DNA of 64,000 nt from Clostridia bacterium (GCA_017456985.1 JAFTIH010000031.1:421-64420), one strand, 5' to 3'. Positions 17,594-27,446 are shown, counted from the first letter of the stretch. Translations and numbers: made by a program. The notes: generated by a model from the sequence alone, not told the origin.

Positions 17594-19738
17594 ATGGTAA
17601 AGCTTGACGAAAAAAAGTTTTTGAAACCCGAGAAAAAATATCGAACCAATATCATCGTTCATAACTGGCCTGAAGATCGCACGCTGATGATGGATGCCGT
17701 GAACGCGTACGGCTACGCGGGCGTCGTCACGCAGCCGCCGCTTGCAAAATTCAGCGCGAAGACCTTTGGCGGAACTGTAAAAGAGAAGCGCTTTTTTGCC
17801 GACCCCGAAAACGTTGCCGTGTTCAAGGATATTATGGCAGAGCTCAAGGAAAAGGATCTTTCCTATTGGCTTTACGATGAAGAAGGGTATCCCAGCGGTT
17901 ACGCATCGGGAAAAACGCTTGAGGGACATCCTGAGTTTGAAGCCAAGGGCTTTTATATGCGCCGCCGTGCGGCGTATGAGCCGACACACGTCAACTTTCA
18001 CCTGGATGACTGGTCGGATAAGATCGTTTTTGCGGCAAAATATCCTATCGTCAGAACGGCGAACACGCCCAGAGTACCCGGCAACGCCTCCACGGTGCTT
18101 TACGATCAAATGACTCCCGTTCCTTTTACGGAAACGTCCGTCGTTTGCGATCTTGCCCCCAAAGAGGTCCTTTTCATTTTTTGTGTGAAATCCGCCTATG
18201 AGGGAAGCCAATGCACGCACAATACCTGCTCGTTCGACCGTCAGATCAACCTACTGAATCCCGACGCCGTCCGTCGCTTCCTTGAGCTTGTTTATGAGCC
18301 TATCGCGAGCGGTGCTCCCGGCTCGTTTGAAAACGCCACGGCTGTATTCACCGACGAGCCCTCCCTGATGACTTGCTACACGCGTGAGAATGAAGCTTGG
18401 GACTATGCCCTGATGCCTTGGGTTGAAGGGATCTTTGATGAGTTTGAAAAGGAATACGGGTATTCTTTGCTCACGTACCTGCCTCTGCTTTTTGAGGGAG
18501 GAGAGCGCGCGTATTCGGTAAGAACGCAGTTTTATCGCCTTGTCGGTAAGCTGGTTGCCCGCTCCTATGCGGGACAGATTTCTGATTTTTGCCGCGCCCA
18601 CGGTACGCGCTTTGGCGGTCACTACCTTGGCGAGGAATTTCTCGATTGGCACGCGCGCTTCTACGGAAGTTATCTTGAAGTCATCAAGCGTGTGGATTAC
18701 GTCGGAATTGATATGCTTCGCTGCTATCCCGAACGCTATACGCGCAACTCCGTCAAATATGCGATGATGGCGGTGCGAAAAAACGGTATGACTGACCTGA
18801 TGGTCGAGTTTTGTCCGTTTTCGCGAAAGGAGACCTTTTATAAGGATCCCTTCAACAACGCGCTTGGCACGCTCTCGCTTTTGTATCTCGGTGGAGCCAG
18901 AGAAGTGAATAACTATTACTACTCGGACTTTTTACAGTATCCGCCGCTCGTCGAAGCAAACGCCAAACGCGGCGTGGTCAATGCCCCCGATCCCGCCCGT
19001 ATGACGCAAGAACAAGCGATGTATTTCAATGACTACGTCGGACGCCTTCGTTATATGCTGGACGGACTTTTGAACGAAACGGAAACCCTCGTATATTACC
19101 CAATCGAGGATGCGCAATCCACCTGCCAGCCCTTCTGCTCGTACCCCGGAGAGGGTTTGCACCCTATTGACATCGCCATTAAGACGTTGACGTACGCCAT
19201 TTCCGACGCGGGACATGACTATAATTTTGCGGACGATGATGACATTATCCTCGCCGCTGAAAACGCGACGCTGTACGGCACTCCTGTCAAGACAGTGCTG
19301 GTACCCGCTTGTACTGCTATCTACGATCATACGCTTGCGGCTCTTAAGAAATTGGAGGCAAAAGGTGTGCGTGTGATGTTCGTGGATGCGTCGCCCGCCT
19401 TTGCGATCTCTCTTAATTGCGCCGAGGTCGTGGAGCTTGAAGAGCTTGACGGTGTGAGCGTTGCCGAGGTCGTTTCTTATCTCGATGAGGCAGACGCACG
19501 CTTTACCGCGAAGGCAGAGGGGGCTGTTTTACAAAAGGCACGCTACACGAAGGAGGGACACGAGCTTTACTTCATTTGCAACAGTACGCGCGACGTTCCT
19601 GCGGATGCGCTCCTTATGCACAGCGAAAAAAACGAGGCGACCGTTTACGATCCGACCGACGGCAGCACTCACCGCATCCGTATGGGGGAGCACTACACCG
19701 TTCCTGCCTTTCGAGGCGTCTTTATTCTATTTGACTGA
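17594..19738 (+). CDS. large cytoplasmic protein of unknown function (possibly a glycoside-hydrolase-like enzyme)
   Basis: 714-aa ORF with a GGAGG SD, no signal peptide or TM segment, and an aromatic/acidic-rich composition. I recognise no family motif. An AraC regulator lies next to it. Confidence 0.5.
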   Translation: MVKLDEKKFLKPEKKYRTNIIVHNWPEDRTLMMDAVNAYGYAGVVTQPPLAKFSAKTFGGTVKEKRFFADPENVAVFKDIMAELKEKDLSYWLYDEEGYPSGYASGKTLEGHPEFEAKGFYMRRRAAYEPTHVNFHLDDWSDKIVFAAKYPIVRTANTPRVPGNASTVLYDQMTPVPFTETSVVCDLAPKEVLFIFCVKSAYEGSQCTHNTCSFDRQINLLNPDAVRRFLELVYEPIASGAPGSFENATAVFTDEPSLMTCYTRENEAWDYALMPWVEGIFDEFEKEYGYSLLTYLPLLFEGGERAYSVRTQFYRLVGKLVARSYAGQISDFCRAHGTRFGGHYLGEEFLDWHARFYGSYLEVIKRVDYVGIDMLRCYPERYTRNSVKYAMMAVRKNGMTDLMVEFCPFSRKETFYKDPFNNALGTLSLLYLGGAREVNNYYYSDFLQYPPLVEANAKRGVVNAPDPARMTQEQAMYFNDYVGRLRYMLDGLLNETETLVYYPIEDAQSTCQPFCSYPGEGLHPIDIAIKTLTYAISDAGHDYNFADDDDIILAAENATLYGTPVKTVLVPACTAIYDHTLAALKKLEAKGVRVMFVDASPAFAISLNCAEVVELEELDGVSVAEVVSYLDEADARFTAKAEGAVLQKARYTKEGHELYFICNSTRDVPADALLMHSEKNEATVYDPTDGSTHRIRMGEHYTVPAFRGVFILFD

Positions 19739-19748
19739 TACTCGCGAA

Positions 19749-19779
19749 AAGAGAGCATTTTAGAAAATGCTCTCTTTTT
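19749..19779 (+). terminator. intrinsic terminator
   Basis: AAGAGAGCATTTT/AAAATGCTCTCTT stem followed by TTTTT. Confidence 0.8.
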
Positions 19780-19874
19780 CTTTAAAAAGTCGCTTTTGTA
19801 TAAACAAAGTCTGTAAAAGATATTGCAAAAAATAAAGTTTTATGCTTTAATTTCTATTGAAAGGGGGCGGTTTT

Positions 19875-20795
19875 GTGAAGTGCTATTCTGTGGAACTTGG
19901 GCGGTTGCTAAAGGTTACGATGCTGGGACGTTCCGTTTTTACGTTGCAAAATCGACATATCACCCGTCGCACAAGTGAATATATCTTATACATCATCACA
20001 AAGGGCAAGTTATCTGTTTTTGTCGATGGGGAAGAATTGACCCTTTTTGAGGGGGACGTCTATTTTTTTGACAAAGGATGCTATCAGGCACCGAGCACGC
20101 CCACGGAATGCGAGTTTTACTTCGTACATTTCGATGTGGACGGTGTTAGCGCGCAGGAAATGGATGACGAAGAGTATTACGACACCATTCTCGCGCGCAA
20201 AGCAAATTTTCTGAAGGCTGATATTTTCAGCGCAAAAAGCTACGATTATGTCGGTGCTCTTGTGAAGCAAAGCTTTCATATCGGCGAAAAGAGCTTGCTT
20301 GACCGCCTGATCGGTATTTGCAAAAACAATACCATTTCTTACGGAAATAACGTGCCTACCTGGCGCATCAGCGTTTCGGGTGCCGTAGCGGAGCTTTTGA
20401 TGCGTCTTGAGGACCTAACCTTCGCGGCACTCGGACGGGGCTATACTACCAAAAACGGATGCGTTTACGATAACGTGCGCCGCATTGTGGATTTCGTGGA
20501 AAAGCACTATACGGAAAACTTCGGCAGTGAGGATATCGAGCGTGAGCTGCTCATCAACTTCGATTACGCCAACCGTATCTTCAAGCGGCATATCGGGTAC
20601 AGCATCATTCGCTATCGTAACCATTTGCGCATCAATACGGCAAAAACACTGCTTGACGGTATGCAAGGCGGTATGACGATGAACCTTATTGCGGAGCAGA
20701 TCGGCTTTGGAAACCGCTACTATTTCAGCCGTTATTTTAAACAGTGCGTCGGCATTTCTCCCGAGGAATACCGTGCGAAGGCAGAAAAGGGATGA
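19875..20795 (+). CDS. AraC-family transcriptional regulator
   Basis: C-terminal double HTH (IAEQIGFGNRYYFSRYFKQCVGISPEEYR). A GTG start at 19875, 7 nt after GAAAGGGGG, is preferred over the track start at 19857. Confidence 0.8.
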   Translation: MKCYSVELGRLLKVTMLGRSVFTLQNRHITRRTSEYILYIITKGKLSVFVDGEELTLFEGDVYFFDKGCYQAPSTPTECEFYFVHFDVDGVSAQEMDDEEYYDTILARKANFLKADIFSAKSYDYVGALVKQSFHIGEKSLLDRLIGICKNNTISYGNNVPTWRISVSGAVAELLMRLEDLTFAALGRGYTTKNGCVYDNVRRIVDFVEKHYTENFGSEDIERELLINFDYANRIFKRHIGYSIIRYRNHLRINTAKTLLDGMQGGMTMNLIAEQIGFGNRYYFSRYFKQCVGISPEEYRAKAEKG

Positions 20796-20799
20796 GCGT

Positions 20800-22191
20800 A
20801 TGAAACGAAAGTTTGATAAAGAGCTCTTTACCGTGCATTCCTCCGTGGGGAGCATTTCGCTCTTTTCCTTGCTTTTGCCGCTTTTGTTTGAAACGGTGAT
20901 GAATCATTTGCAGGGAACGATCAATACGGCGGTGCTGAGCAACTATTCCGAGGTTTCAGCATCTGCGGTCGGCTCGGTGAATACCGTTTTTAACGTCTTG
21001 CTTCTTGTCGGCTCCGTGCTTTCCACGGGAGCAACGGTCGTTGTCAGCAACCTGATTGGAGAAGAGCGCATCGGGAGGGCGCGCGAGGCGTCCTTTACAA
21101 CGCTGACGGTGGGCCTCCTGGCAGGGCTTTTCATCACGCCCGTGTGCCTTGCTTTTTCGCCGGATCTCATCCGTTTTCTCCATCTTGAGGGGGCGCTTTT
21201 TGAGGATGGAGTGACCTATTTTCGCCTTCGTATGTGCTTTATCGTCTTTACGATGCTGACCTCCTCCGTTTTGGCACTTCTCAAATGCTATGGCTACCCG
21301 AAGTATACCTTTTTGATCGGTTTTATCACGAATGTTTTAAACCTGCTCTTTAATGTCTTCGTTTTGTACTGCCCCGAAATATCTCCCGTAACAGGTGTTG
21401 CGGGCGTAGCACTCGGGTGTGGATTTAGCAACCTCATCGGCTTTGGCGTGGCACTTTTTCTGCTCTTTCGCTTGGGGATCCGTCTTTCCGTACCCAAGTC
21501 CCTTTCGCAGTATTTCGGTTATCTTGGTCATGTCTTGCGCATCGGGGTGCCGTCGGGGATTTCCAGCGCGACCTTTGCCATCGTGACGATGGTCACTACC
21601 TCCTTCGTCCCGTTGCTTGGCGACTCCGTTATCGCTGCAAAGGTATATTCTCAGAATGTCCTTTGCTATGCGTATTTGTTCAGCGTCAGCGCGGGAAACG
21701 CAAACGCTCTGCTTGTGGGCAGACGCTATGGTGCAGGAGAGTATGATAAGATCGCGCAGATGAATAGGGCGCTCGTACGGATCACGCGTGCCGTGAACCT
21801 CGGTATTTCCTCACTCCTCTTGCTGTTTTACCGACCCTTGATTGGTATTTTCACCTCGGATGCTTCGGTCATCACGCTTTGCCTTGGTGTTTTTGCGGTG
21901 GATATCATCACAGAGCAGGCGCGCGCAAACAGCCAGGTCTACGAGTATGCTCTGCGTGCGGCGGGTGATGTGATGTTTACCACCGCCTTCGTCATTGGCT
22001 CGTGCATTGCTTGCGGTCTTGGGCTCGCCTATTTCCTTGCGATTCCTTGCGGTCTTGGACTGATCGGACTTTGGATCGGTCTTGCGGCAGACGAAACGGT
22101 GCGTGCCGTCGTCAGCTATTTCCGCTTTCGGAGCGGGCGTTGGCGGACGCTTCGCGCCAAGAGAGAAGCAGATCAAGTACCAGTGCCGTAA
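20800..22191 (+). CDS. MATE-family efflux transporter
   Basis: ATG at 20800. About 12 TM segments and the typical C-terminal YFRFRSGRW motif. Confidence 0.8.
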   Translation: MKRKFDKELFTVHSSVGSISLFSLLLPLLFETVMNHLQGTINTAVLSNYSEVSASAVGSVNTVFNVLLLVGSVLSTGATVVVSNLIGEERIGRAREASFTTLTVGLLAGLFITPVCLAFSPDLIRFLHLEGALFEDGVTYFRLRMCFIVFTMLTSSVLALLKCYGYPKYTFLIGFITNVLNLLFNVFVLYCPEISPVTGVAGVALGCGFSNLIGFGVALFLLFRLGIRLSVPKSLSQYFGYLGHVLRIGVPSGISSATFAIVTMVTTSFVPLLGDSVIAAKVYSQNVLCYAYLFSVSAGNANALLVGRRYGAGEYDKIAQMNRALVRITRAVNLGISSLLLLFYRPLIGIFTSDASVITLCLGVFAVDIITEQARANSQVYEYALRAAGDVMFTTAFVIGSCIACGLGLAYFLAIPCGLGLIGLWIGLAADETVRAVVSYFRFRSGRWRTLRAKREADQVPVP

Positions 22192-22819
22192 AGAACGCGG
22201 ATAGCACGCCGAGAAGCGACAGCGTCAGATCGCCGAGCGTAAAAATACCGCCAAGGATGATCGCGGTATCGATCACAAATAAAACGTGTGCGTGGCGGAC
22301 ACGCGGGAAAGCCTTGCATACCAAAAAGGCGATCACGTCGATGCCGCCCGTCGAGCCGCCACCCATCAACGTCAGTGCGCATCCCGCGCCCACGATGCCC
22401 CCGCCCACCGTTGCGGCAAGCATTAAGGCAAGCTCGGGGTGCGCACTTCCTTTTAGGTAAAATATACCACCCAGTGCGTCAGGATGGGTCAGTTGTAAAA
22501 AAATAGCGATAAAGGCGGGATAAACGAGCGCGGAGAGAAACGTTTTCAGCGCAAAGCGCCCGCCTAAAAAAACAAGACCCAAAAGGAAAAAGAACCAGTT
22601 TAATATAGCGATGATCTCTTCTAACGAGAGAAAGCCCTCGGGGATCAAGTCCTCAATCAGAAGAGAAAGCCCCGAAATGCCCCCCACCACCAAATGAAAG
22701 GGAAGAATAAATATCGCCGTGCCAAAGGCAAGAATTACGGTACCGAGAAAGACGAGAAGAACGTTTTTTCCGCCCGTAAAAAAGCTTTGTCGATTGATTG
22801 GATTAGAATGAGCAGGCAT
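22112..22819 (-). CDS. YitT-family membrane protein (short form)
   Basis: FLGTVILAFGTAIFILPFHLVVGGISGLSLL, typical of YitT/DUF161. The 3' end overlaps the MATE gene by 80 nt. Confidence 0.7.
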   Translation of the reverse strand: MPAHSNPINRQSFFTGGKNVLLVFLGTVILAFGTAIFILPFHLVVGGISGLSLLIEDLIPEGFLSLEEIIAILNWFFFLLGLVFLGGRFALKTFLSALVYPAFIAIFLQLTHPDALGGIFYLKGSAHPELALMLAATVGGGIVGAGCALTLMGGGSTGGIDVIAFLVCKAFPRVRHAHVLFVIDTAIILGGIFTLGDLTLSLLGVLSAFFTALVLDLLLSWREASANARSESGNS

Positions 22820-22917
22820 AAAGATACCTCATTTTTGAATGCTTAGTATCAGTATGCGCCAAATTGCGTTTTATATAAAAAAGTACAGAGATAGGGACGC
22901 TCTCGCCTTGCTCGAAG

Positions 22918-23133
22918 TTGTCCACGCTTGCCGCCCTCGTAGCAGGGCTTCTCAAACTGTTCACGGTGACGCTTGCAGGCGCCAAGGCGTATAACGGGCG
23001 CATCAAGAATATGACGGAGGCGATCCCCGCATACGCCGACGTGCAGGAAGAGCTCGTCGATCGGTTTGACGCGTGGTCCAAGGCAGACACCTGCGGCGAC
23101 GTTCAAGAGGCTGCGGAAGAATGCGAAAGCTGA
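22918..23133 (+). CDS. possible small membrane-anchored protein (71 aa, TTG start)
   Basis: Codon usage looks coding-like, with GC-rich third positions, a hydrophobic N-terminus and an acidic tail. The terminator hairpin at 23191-23227 also works in this direction. The SD is weak and the start is non-ATG. Confidence 0.3.
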   Translation: MSTLAALVAGLLKLFTVTLAGAKAYNGRIKNMTEAIPAYADVQEELVDRFDAWSKADTCGDVQEAAEECES

Positions 23134-23190
23134 CAAATTTTTGACAACATAAAATACCGTAAAATTCCGTAAACGCAAAGAACGAAAAAA

Positions 23191-23227
23191 GCCCGATAAA
23201 ACCTGGAAAAACCAGAATTTATCGGAC
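23191..23227. terminator. bidirectional terminator 3' of tRNA-Ser
   Basis: CCCGATAAAACCTGG-AAAAA-CCAGAATTTATCGG imperfect stem with T-runs on both strands. Confidence 0.7.
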
Positions 23228-23236
23228 TTTTCTTTT

Positions 23237-23328
23237 TGGCGGAGAGATAGGGATTCGAACCCTAGATGCAGTATCAGTGCATACACGATTTCCAGTCGTG
23301 CGCCTTAGACCAACTCAGCCATCTCTCC
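23237..23328 (-). tRNA. tRNA-Ser (anticodon GGA), long variable arm, encoded CCA
   Basis: The reverse complement reads GGAGAGATGGCTGAGTTGG...CT-GGA-AA...GGGTTCGAATCCC...TCTCTCCGCCA. Confidence 0.92.
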
Positions 23329-23341
23329 ACGCACAAAAAGG

Positions 23342-23370
23342 AGTATAACATATTTTCTTCCAAATGTCAA
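23342..23370 (-). promoter_or_regulatory. sigma-A promoter for tRNA-Ser
   Basis: On the minus strand: TTGACA (23370-23365), a 17-nt spacer, then TATACT (23347-23342). Confidence 0.75.
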
Positions 23371-23489
23371 GAGTTTTTCAATAATTTTTTTATCTATTTT
23401 TTTCTTTTTTGGACCGGTTTTCTCTTGCATTTAAAGGCAAAATGTGCTACAATATGTTTTGTTATTTGATTTTTTGTCGGAGGAAGGAA

Positions 23490-24287
23490 ATGCTTGCGAA
23501 TTATCATACGCATACAACCTTTTGTGACGGAAAAAGTACGGTAGAAGAGGTCGTTTTGTCGGCGCTTGAAAAGGGCTTCGCCGCCATCGGCTTTTCGGGT
23601 CACGGATATACGCCGTTTGACTTCACCTATTGTATGAAGGACACCGACGGGTATTTGGCTGAGATCCGTCGCGTGAAAGAAAAATACGGAAAAGAGATCG
23701 AGATCTACGCGGGCGTAGAGGAGGATGCCTCTTATCCCCAACCGAGAGGTCTCTTTGACTACGTTCTCGGCTCCTCGCACTATTTTTGCGTTCAAAAGCA
23801 GTATTTTCCGATCGATTCGAGCATCGAATGCCTAAACAAGTGTGTTTCGCTTTACGGCGGCGATACCGTGCGGATGGCAGAGGATTATTACTCCTCCTTT
23901 TGCACATATCTGAACCGTTACCGTCCCGACGTGATCGGTCACTTTGATCTGCTCACCAAGTTTGACGAGCAGTCCCCGCGCTTTCTGCCCGATCCCGCCT
24001 ACCGCGCGGTCGCCAAAAAATATCTTTTGGAGGCGATGAGGTGCGGTGGCATCTTTGAGGTCAATACGGGTGCGATCTCGCGCGGGTACCGCACGATGCC
24101 TTATCCGCACGAGGAGCTTTTGCACGTCCTAAAAAAAGAGGGCGCGCGCGTGATGCTCACCTCGGATAGCCATCACGCGGGCACGCTTGACTGCGCCTTT
24201 GACGAGGCGCGTGCTTTTTTGCGCGAGATCGGCTTCCGCACGGCAACCGTGTTATATCGCGGCGAGTTTGTCGAGGATACACTTTAA
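23490..24287 (+). CDS. PHP-domain histidinol-phosphatase family (HisJ-like) phosphoesterase
   Basis: ATG at 23490 follows a GGAGGAAGG SD. The N-terminus is YHTHTTFCDG, and internal GHGY, SSHY, GHFD and SDSH metal ligands are present. Confidence 0.8.
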   Translation: MLANYHTHTTFCDGKSTVEEVVLSALEKGFAAIGFSGHGYTPFDFTYCMKDTDGYLAEIRRVKEKYGKEIEIYAGVEEDASYPQPRGLFDYVLGSSHYFCVQKQYFPIDSSIECLNKCVSLYGGDTVRMAEDYYSSFCTYLNRYRPDVIGHFDLLTKFDEQSPRFLPDPAYRAVAKKYLLEAMRCGGIFEVNTGAISRGYRTMPYPHEELLHVLKKEGARVMLTSDSHHAGTLDCAFDEARAFLREIGFRTATVLYRGEFVEDTL

Positions 24288-24383
24288 TTTTTCATAAGAA
24301 GCCCTTCTTTTGTTTTTCCGCTTCATAAAAAGCCCGATATGGGACTATAATGAAGTGAAAACGAAAACGAAAGGACCGCTCAT

Positions 24384-25523
24384 ATGAAGAAATTTTTTGC
24401 CGTTTTTTTGGTTTTGGCGCTTGTTCTCCCGACGCTCGTCGTCGGTGCGTGCGCAAAAGAAACACCCTTTGATCTTGCCTGTTCTTCCGCCGTTTTGATG
24501 GAAGCATCCACGGGAGAGATCCTTTATGCCAAGAATGCCGAAGAGGCACTTCCGCCCGCATCCGTTACCAAGGTGATGACCCTCTTGCTCGTGATGGAAG
24601 CGATTGCGGCAGGGAAGGTCTCCATGGAAGACAGCGTGAGCGTCAGCGAACGCGCGGCGTCGATGGGCGGCTCACAGATCTATTTGAAGGTCGGGGAAAC
24701 GATGCCCCTGTCCGATCTGCTTAAAAGCGTGGTGATCGCGAGCGCAAACGATGCCGCCGTCGCGCTTGCCGAGCACGTAGCGGGAAGCGAGGAAGCCTTC
24801 GTTGCGCAGATGAATGCGCGCGCCGCAGAGCTTTCTATGACCTCGACCCATTTTGAAAACACCAACGGACTGGATGACACGGTGACCAACCACCTGACCT
24901 CGGCGAAGGATATTGCCGTGATGTCAAGGGAGCTCATCAAGTATCCCCAAATTCTCGAATATAGCTCCACTTGGATGGACACCATCCGTGACGGAGCCTT
25001 CACCTTAACCAATACCAATCGCTTGGTGCGCTTTTATCCGGGCGCTACGGGGCTGAAAACGGGCTCCACCGCCAAGGCGAAATTCTGCATCAGCGCGACG
25101 GCAGAGCGCGACGGCGTTTCGTTGATCGCGGTGATCATGGGCGCCGCAACGCGCGACGAGCGCAACGCGCAGGCGAAAAAGCTCCTTGATTACGGCTTTG
25201 CCAGCTATGGCGTTTACCGTGACGAAGAGCGCGTGCTCGCTCCCCTTGCCGTGCAGGGCGGTGTCAAGGATACGCTTGCCCTTTCTGTTTCTCCCTTTCA
25301 TACAGTGCTTTCCAAGGAAAAATTAAAGGGCGTTACCGTAACGGTGGAATTGCCTGAGGTTGTAAAAGCTCCCGTTGCAGAGGGGGATGCGATCGGTCGC
25401 GTCGTCTATACGTTGGATGGCAAGGTGATCGGAGAGTCCCCGATTTTAGCCGCAGAGGCGGTAGATAAAATTTCGTTTTTTGAGATCCTTCGGCGTCTGC
25501 TTGGTGCCGTATCGATCTCCTAA
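24384..25523 (+). CDS. D-alanyl-D-alanine carboxypeptidase (S11, PBP5/DacB-type)
   Basis: Signal peptide plus the SVTK (SxxK), SAND (SxN) and KTGST (KTG) motifs. Confidence 0.9.
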   Translation: MKKFFAVFLVLALVLPTLVVGACAKETPFDLACSSAVLMEASTGEILYAKNAEEALPPASVTKVMTLLLVMEAIAAGKVSMEDSVSVSERAASMGGSQIYLKVGETMPLSDLLKSVVIASANDAAVALAEHVAGSEEAFVAQMNARAAELSMTSTHFENTNGLDDTVTNHLTSAKDIAVMSRELIKYPQILEYSSTWMDTIRDGAFTLTNTNRLVRFYPGATGLKTGSTAKAKFCISATAERDGVSLIAVIMGAATRDERNAQAKKLLDYGFASYGVYRDEERVLAPLAVQGGVKDTLALSVSPFHTVLSKEKLKGVTVTVELPEVVKAPVAEGDAIGRVVYTLDGKVIGESPILAAEAVDKISFFEILRRLLGAVSIS

Positions 25524-25558
25524 ATACAGCAATTCTATGAAGCAAAGGAAGTAAAAAG

Positions 25559-26899
25559 ATGTCAGTTTTGAAGTTGAACGAATCGTTTGTAAAGAATTTT
25601 GTGACCGCGGCAGAGCTTGATGCGGTTGCGAAGGACATCAGAAGCGCGTATGCTACGCTTGAAAACCGTAGCGGCGCGGGAAACGATTTTCTCGGATGGG
25701 TCGATCTCCCCGTCAATTACGATAAGGAAGAGTTCTCCCGCATTCAGGTAGCGGCAGAGAAGATCAAGAAATCCTGTGATATTCTCGTCGTCATCGGTAT
25801 CGGCGGCTCCTATCTCGGCGCGCGTGCCGTGATCGAATTTATCAAATCTCCTCTTTACAACAATATGAAGAAGGATACGCCCGACGTTTATTTTGCGGGC
25901 AATACCATCAGCGCAAGTGCGCTTTCCGAGCTTCTTTCCATCTGCGAGGGCAAGGATATTTGTGTCAACGTGATCAGCAAGTCGGGTACGACGACCGAGC
26001 CCGCGATCGCCTTCCGTGTGTTCCGCTCGCTTCTTGAAAAGAAGTACGGCGTCGAGGGTGCGCGTGAGCGCATTTTCGTCACCACCGACAAGGCGCGCGG
26101 TACGCTCAAGGAGTTTTCCACCGAGCGCGGCTACGAAACCTTCGTGGTACCGGACGACGTCGGCGGCAGATTTTCCGTTCTGACGGCTGTCGGTCTGCTT
26201 CCCATCGCCGTGGCAGGCATTGATATTTCCGCCCTGATGCAGGGTGCGGCACAGGCACGCGAGGAGCTTTGTAACAGCGACGTCAGCCAGAATATCGCCC
26301 TTCGCTACGCAATGTACCGCAACATCTTCTACCGCCAGGGGAAGATGGCGGAGATCCTCGTCAGCTACGAGCCCTGCGCGGCAATGCTCAACGAATGGTG
26401 GAAGCAGCTCTACGGCGAGAGCGAGGGCAAGGATAAGAAGGGACTTTTGCCCGACTCGGTGATCTTCTCGACCGACCTTCACTCCCTCGGTCAGTTCGTG
26501 CAGGACGGCAGCCGCATTATGTTTGAAACGGTGCTTTCCATCCAAAACTCGGGAACGACCTTTGCGATCCCCAACGACGAAGCCAACGTGGACGGACTCA
26601 ACTTCCTTTCGGGTGCAGAGCTTGACTACGTGAATAAGCAGGCAATGCTTGGTACGCTCCTTGCGCATAACGACGGCGGTGTTCCCAATCTGCTCCTCGA
26701 GCTTGCAGACAGGGAAGCGCTCTCTGTGGGCTACCTGCTCTACTTCTTCGAGCTTGCTTGTGCTGTTTCGGGATATACGCTCGGTGTCAACCCCTTCAAC
26801 CAGCCGGGTGTCGAGTCCTACAAGAAGAATATGTTTGCCCTGCTTGGTAAGCCCGGATATGAAGCCGAAAAGGAAAAACTTACAAAAAGACTGAAATAA
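25559..26899 (+). CDS. pgi: glucose-6-phosphate isomerase
   Basis: 446 aa with [17 protein letters not shown] and GESEGK motifs of the short Firmicute Pgi. Confidence 0.92.
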   Translation: MSVLKLNESFVKNFVTAAELDAVAKDIRSAYATLENRSGAGNDFLGWVDLPVNYDKEEFSRIQVAAEKIKKSCDILVVIGIGGSYLGARAVIEFIKSPLYNNMKKDTPDVYFAGNTISASALSELLSICEGKDICVNVISKSGTTTEPAIAFRVFRSLLEKKYGVEGARERIFVTTDKARGTLKEFSTERGYETFVVPDDVGGRFSVLTAVGLLPIAVAGIDISALMQGAAQAREELCNSDVSQNIALRYAMYRNIFYRQGKMAEILVSYEPCAAMLNEWWKQLYGESEGKDKKGLLPDSVIFSTDLHSLGQFVQDGSRIMFETVLSIQNSGTTFAIPNDEANVDGLNFLSGAELDYVNKQAMLGTLLAHNDGGVPNLLLELADREALSVGYLLYFFELACAVSGYTLGVNPFNQPGVESYKKNMFALLGKPGYEAEKEKLTKRLK

Positions 26900-26923
26900 T
26901 TTCAACTTTTTTGTGCAAAGTAC

Positions 26924-26952
26924 TTGAAAAATCAAAAGTTTTATTGTAAAAT
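26924..26952 (+). promoter_or_regulatory. sigma-A promoter upstream of the mini P-loop gene
   Basis: TTGAAA (26924-26929), a 17-nt spacer, then TAAAAT (26947-26952). Confidence 0.55.
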
Positions 26953-26995
26953 ATAAGTGGGAGAACCAAATTCTTATTTTCGGAGGTACAAAACC

Positions 26996-27403
26996 ATGGT
27001 AAAACTGATCGTAGGCTTAAAGGGAACCGGAAAAACGAAGACCCTCATCGAGCTGGTTAACAAGGCAACCGAGGAGAGCAAGGGCGCCGTTATCTGCATC
27101 GAGCGCGGTTCCAAGCTGAATTATGATATCACGCACAAAGCACGCTTGATCGATACCGAAAGCTTTATGGTAAGCGATGCTCAGGCACTTTACGGCTTCA
27201 TCGCAGGTATCACCGCCAGCAACCACGATATTACGGATATCTTCGTGGATTCCGCTCTTAAGATCTGTGGCAACGATATCGCGGCATTCTCCGCATTCGT
27301 GAAGGAAGTTGATAAGCTTTCCGCTTCCGCAGGCTACAACTGTGTGATGACGGTTTCCGCAACGGTTGAGGAGTGCATGCCCACTCTTCGCGAGTACATG
27401 TAA
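26996..27403 (+). CDS. 135-aa mini P-loop NTPase-like protein, function unknown
   Basis: ATG at 26996 follows a GGAGG SD. Walker A GLKGTGKT is at residues 7-14, with a hydrophobic strand then acidic residue (IFVDS) as a candidate Walker B. Confidence 0.6.
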   Translation: MVKLIVGLKGTGKTKTLIELVNKATEESKGAVICIERGSKLNYDITHKARLIDTESFMVSDAQALYGFIAGITASNHDITDIFVDSALKICGNDIAAFSAFVKEVDKLSASAGYNCVMTVSATVEECMPTLREYM

Positions 27404-27418
27404 TTTCCCATAGTAAGC

Positions 27419-27446
27419 AAAGCACCCTTCTTCGGAGGGGTGCTTT
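27419..27446 (+). terminator. strong hairpin (attenuator or terminator) between the P-loop gene and the Cys-rich gene
   Basis: AAAGCACCCTTC-TTCG-GAGGGGTGCTTT, 12 bp with one G-U pair and a UUCG tetraloop. The U-tract is short. Confidence 0.55.

Noticed and set aside
23138-23160. TTGACA...TAAAAT promoter-like string pointing into the antisense of tRNA-Ser
   Set aside because: The spacer is only ~13 nt, and there is no plausible downstream gene.
25562-26935. 457-aa minus-strand ORF
   Set aside because: It is an exact antisense shadow of pgi, with no recognisable motifs and no SD.
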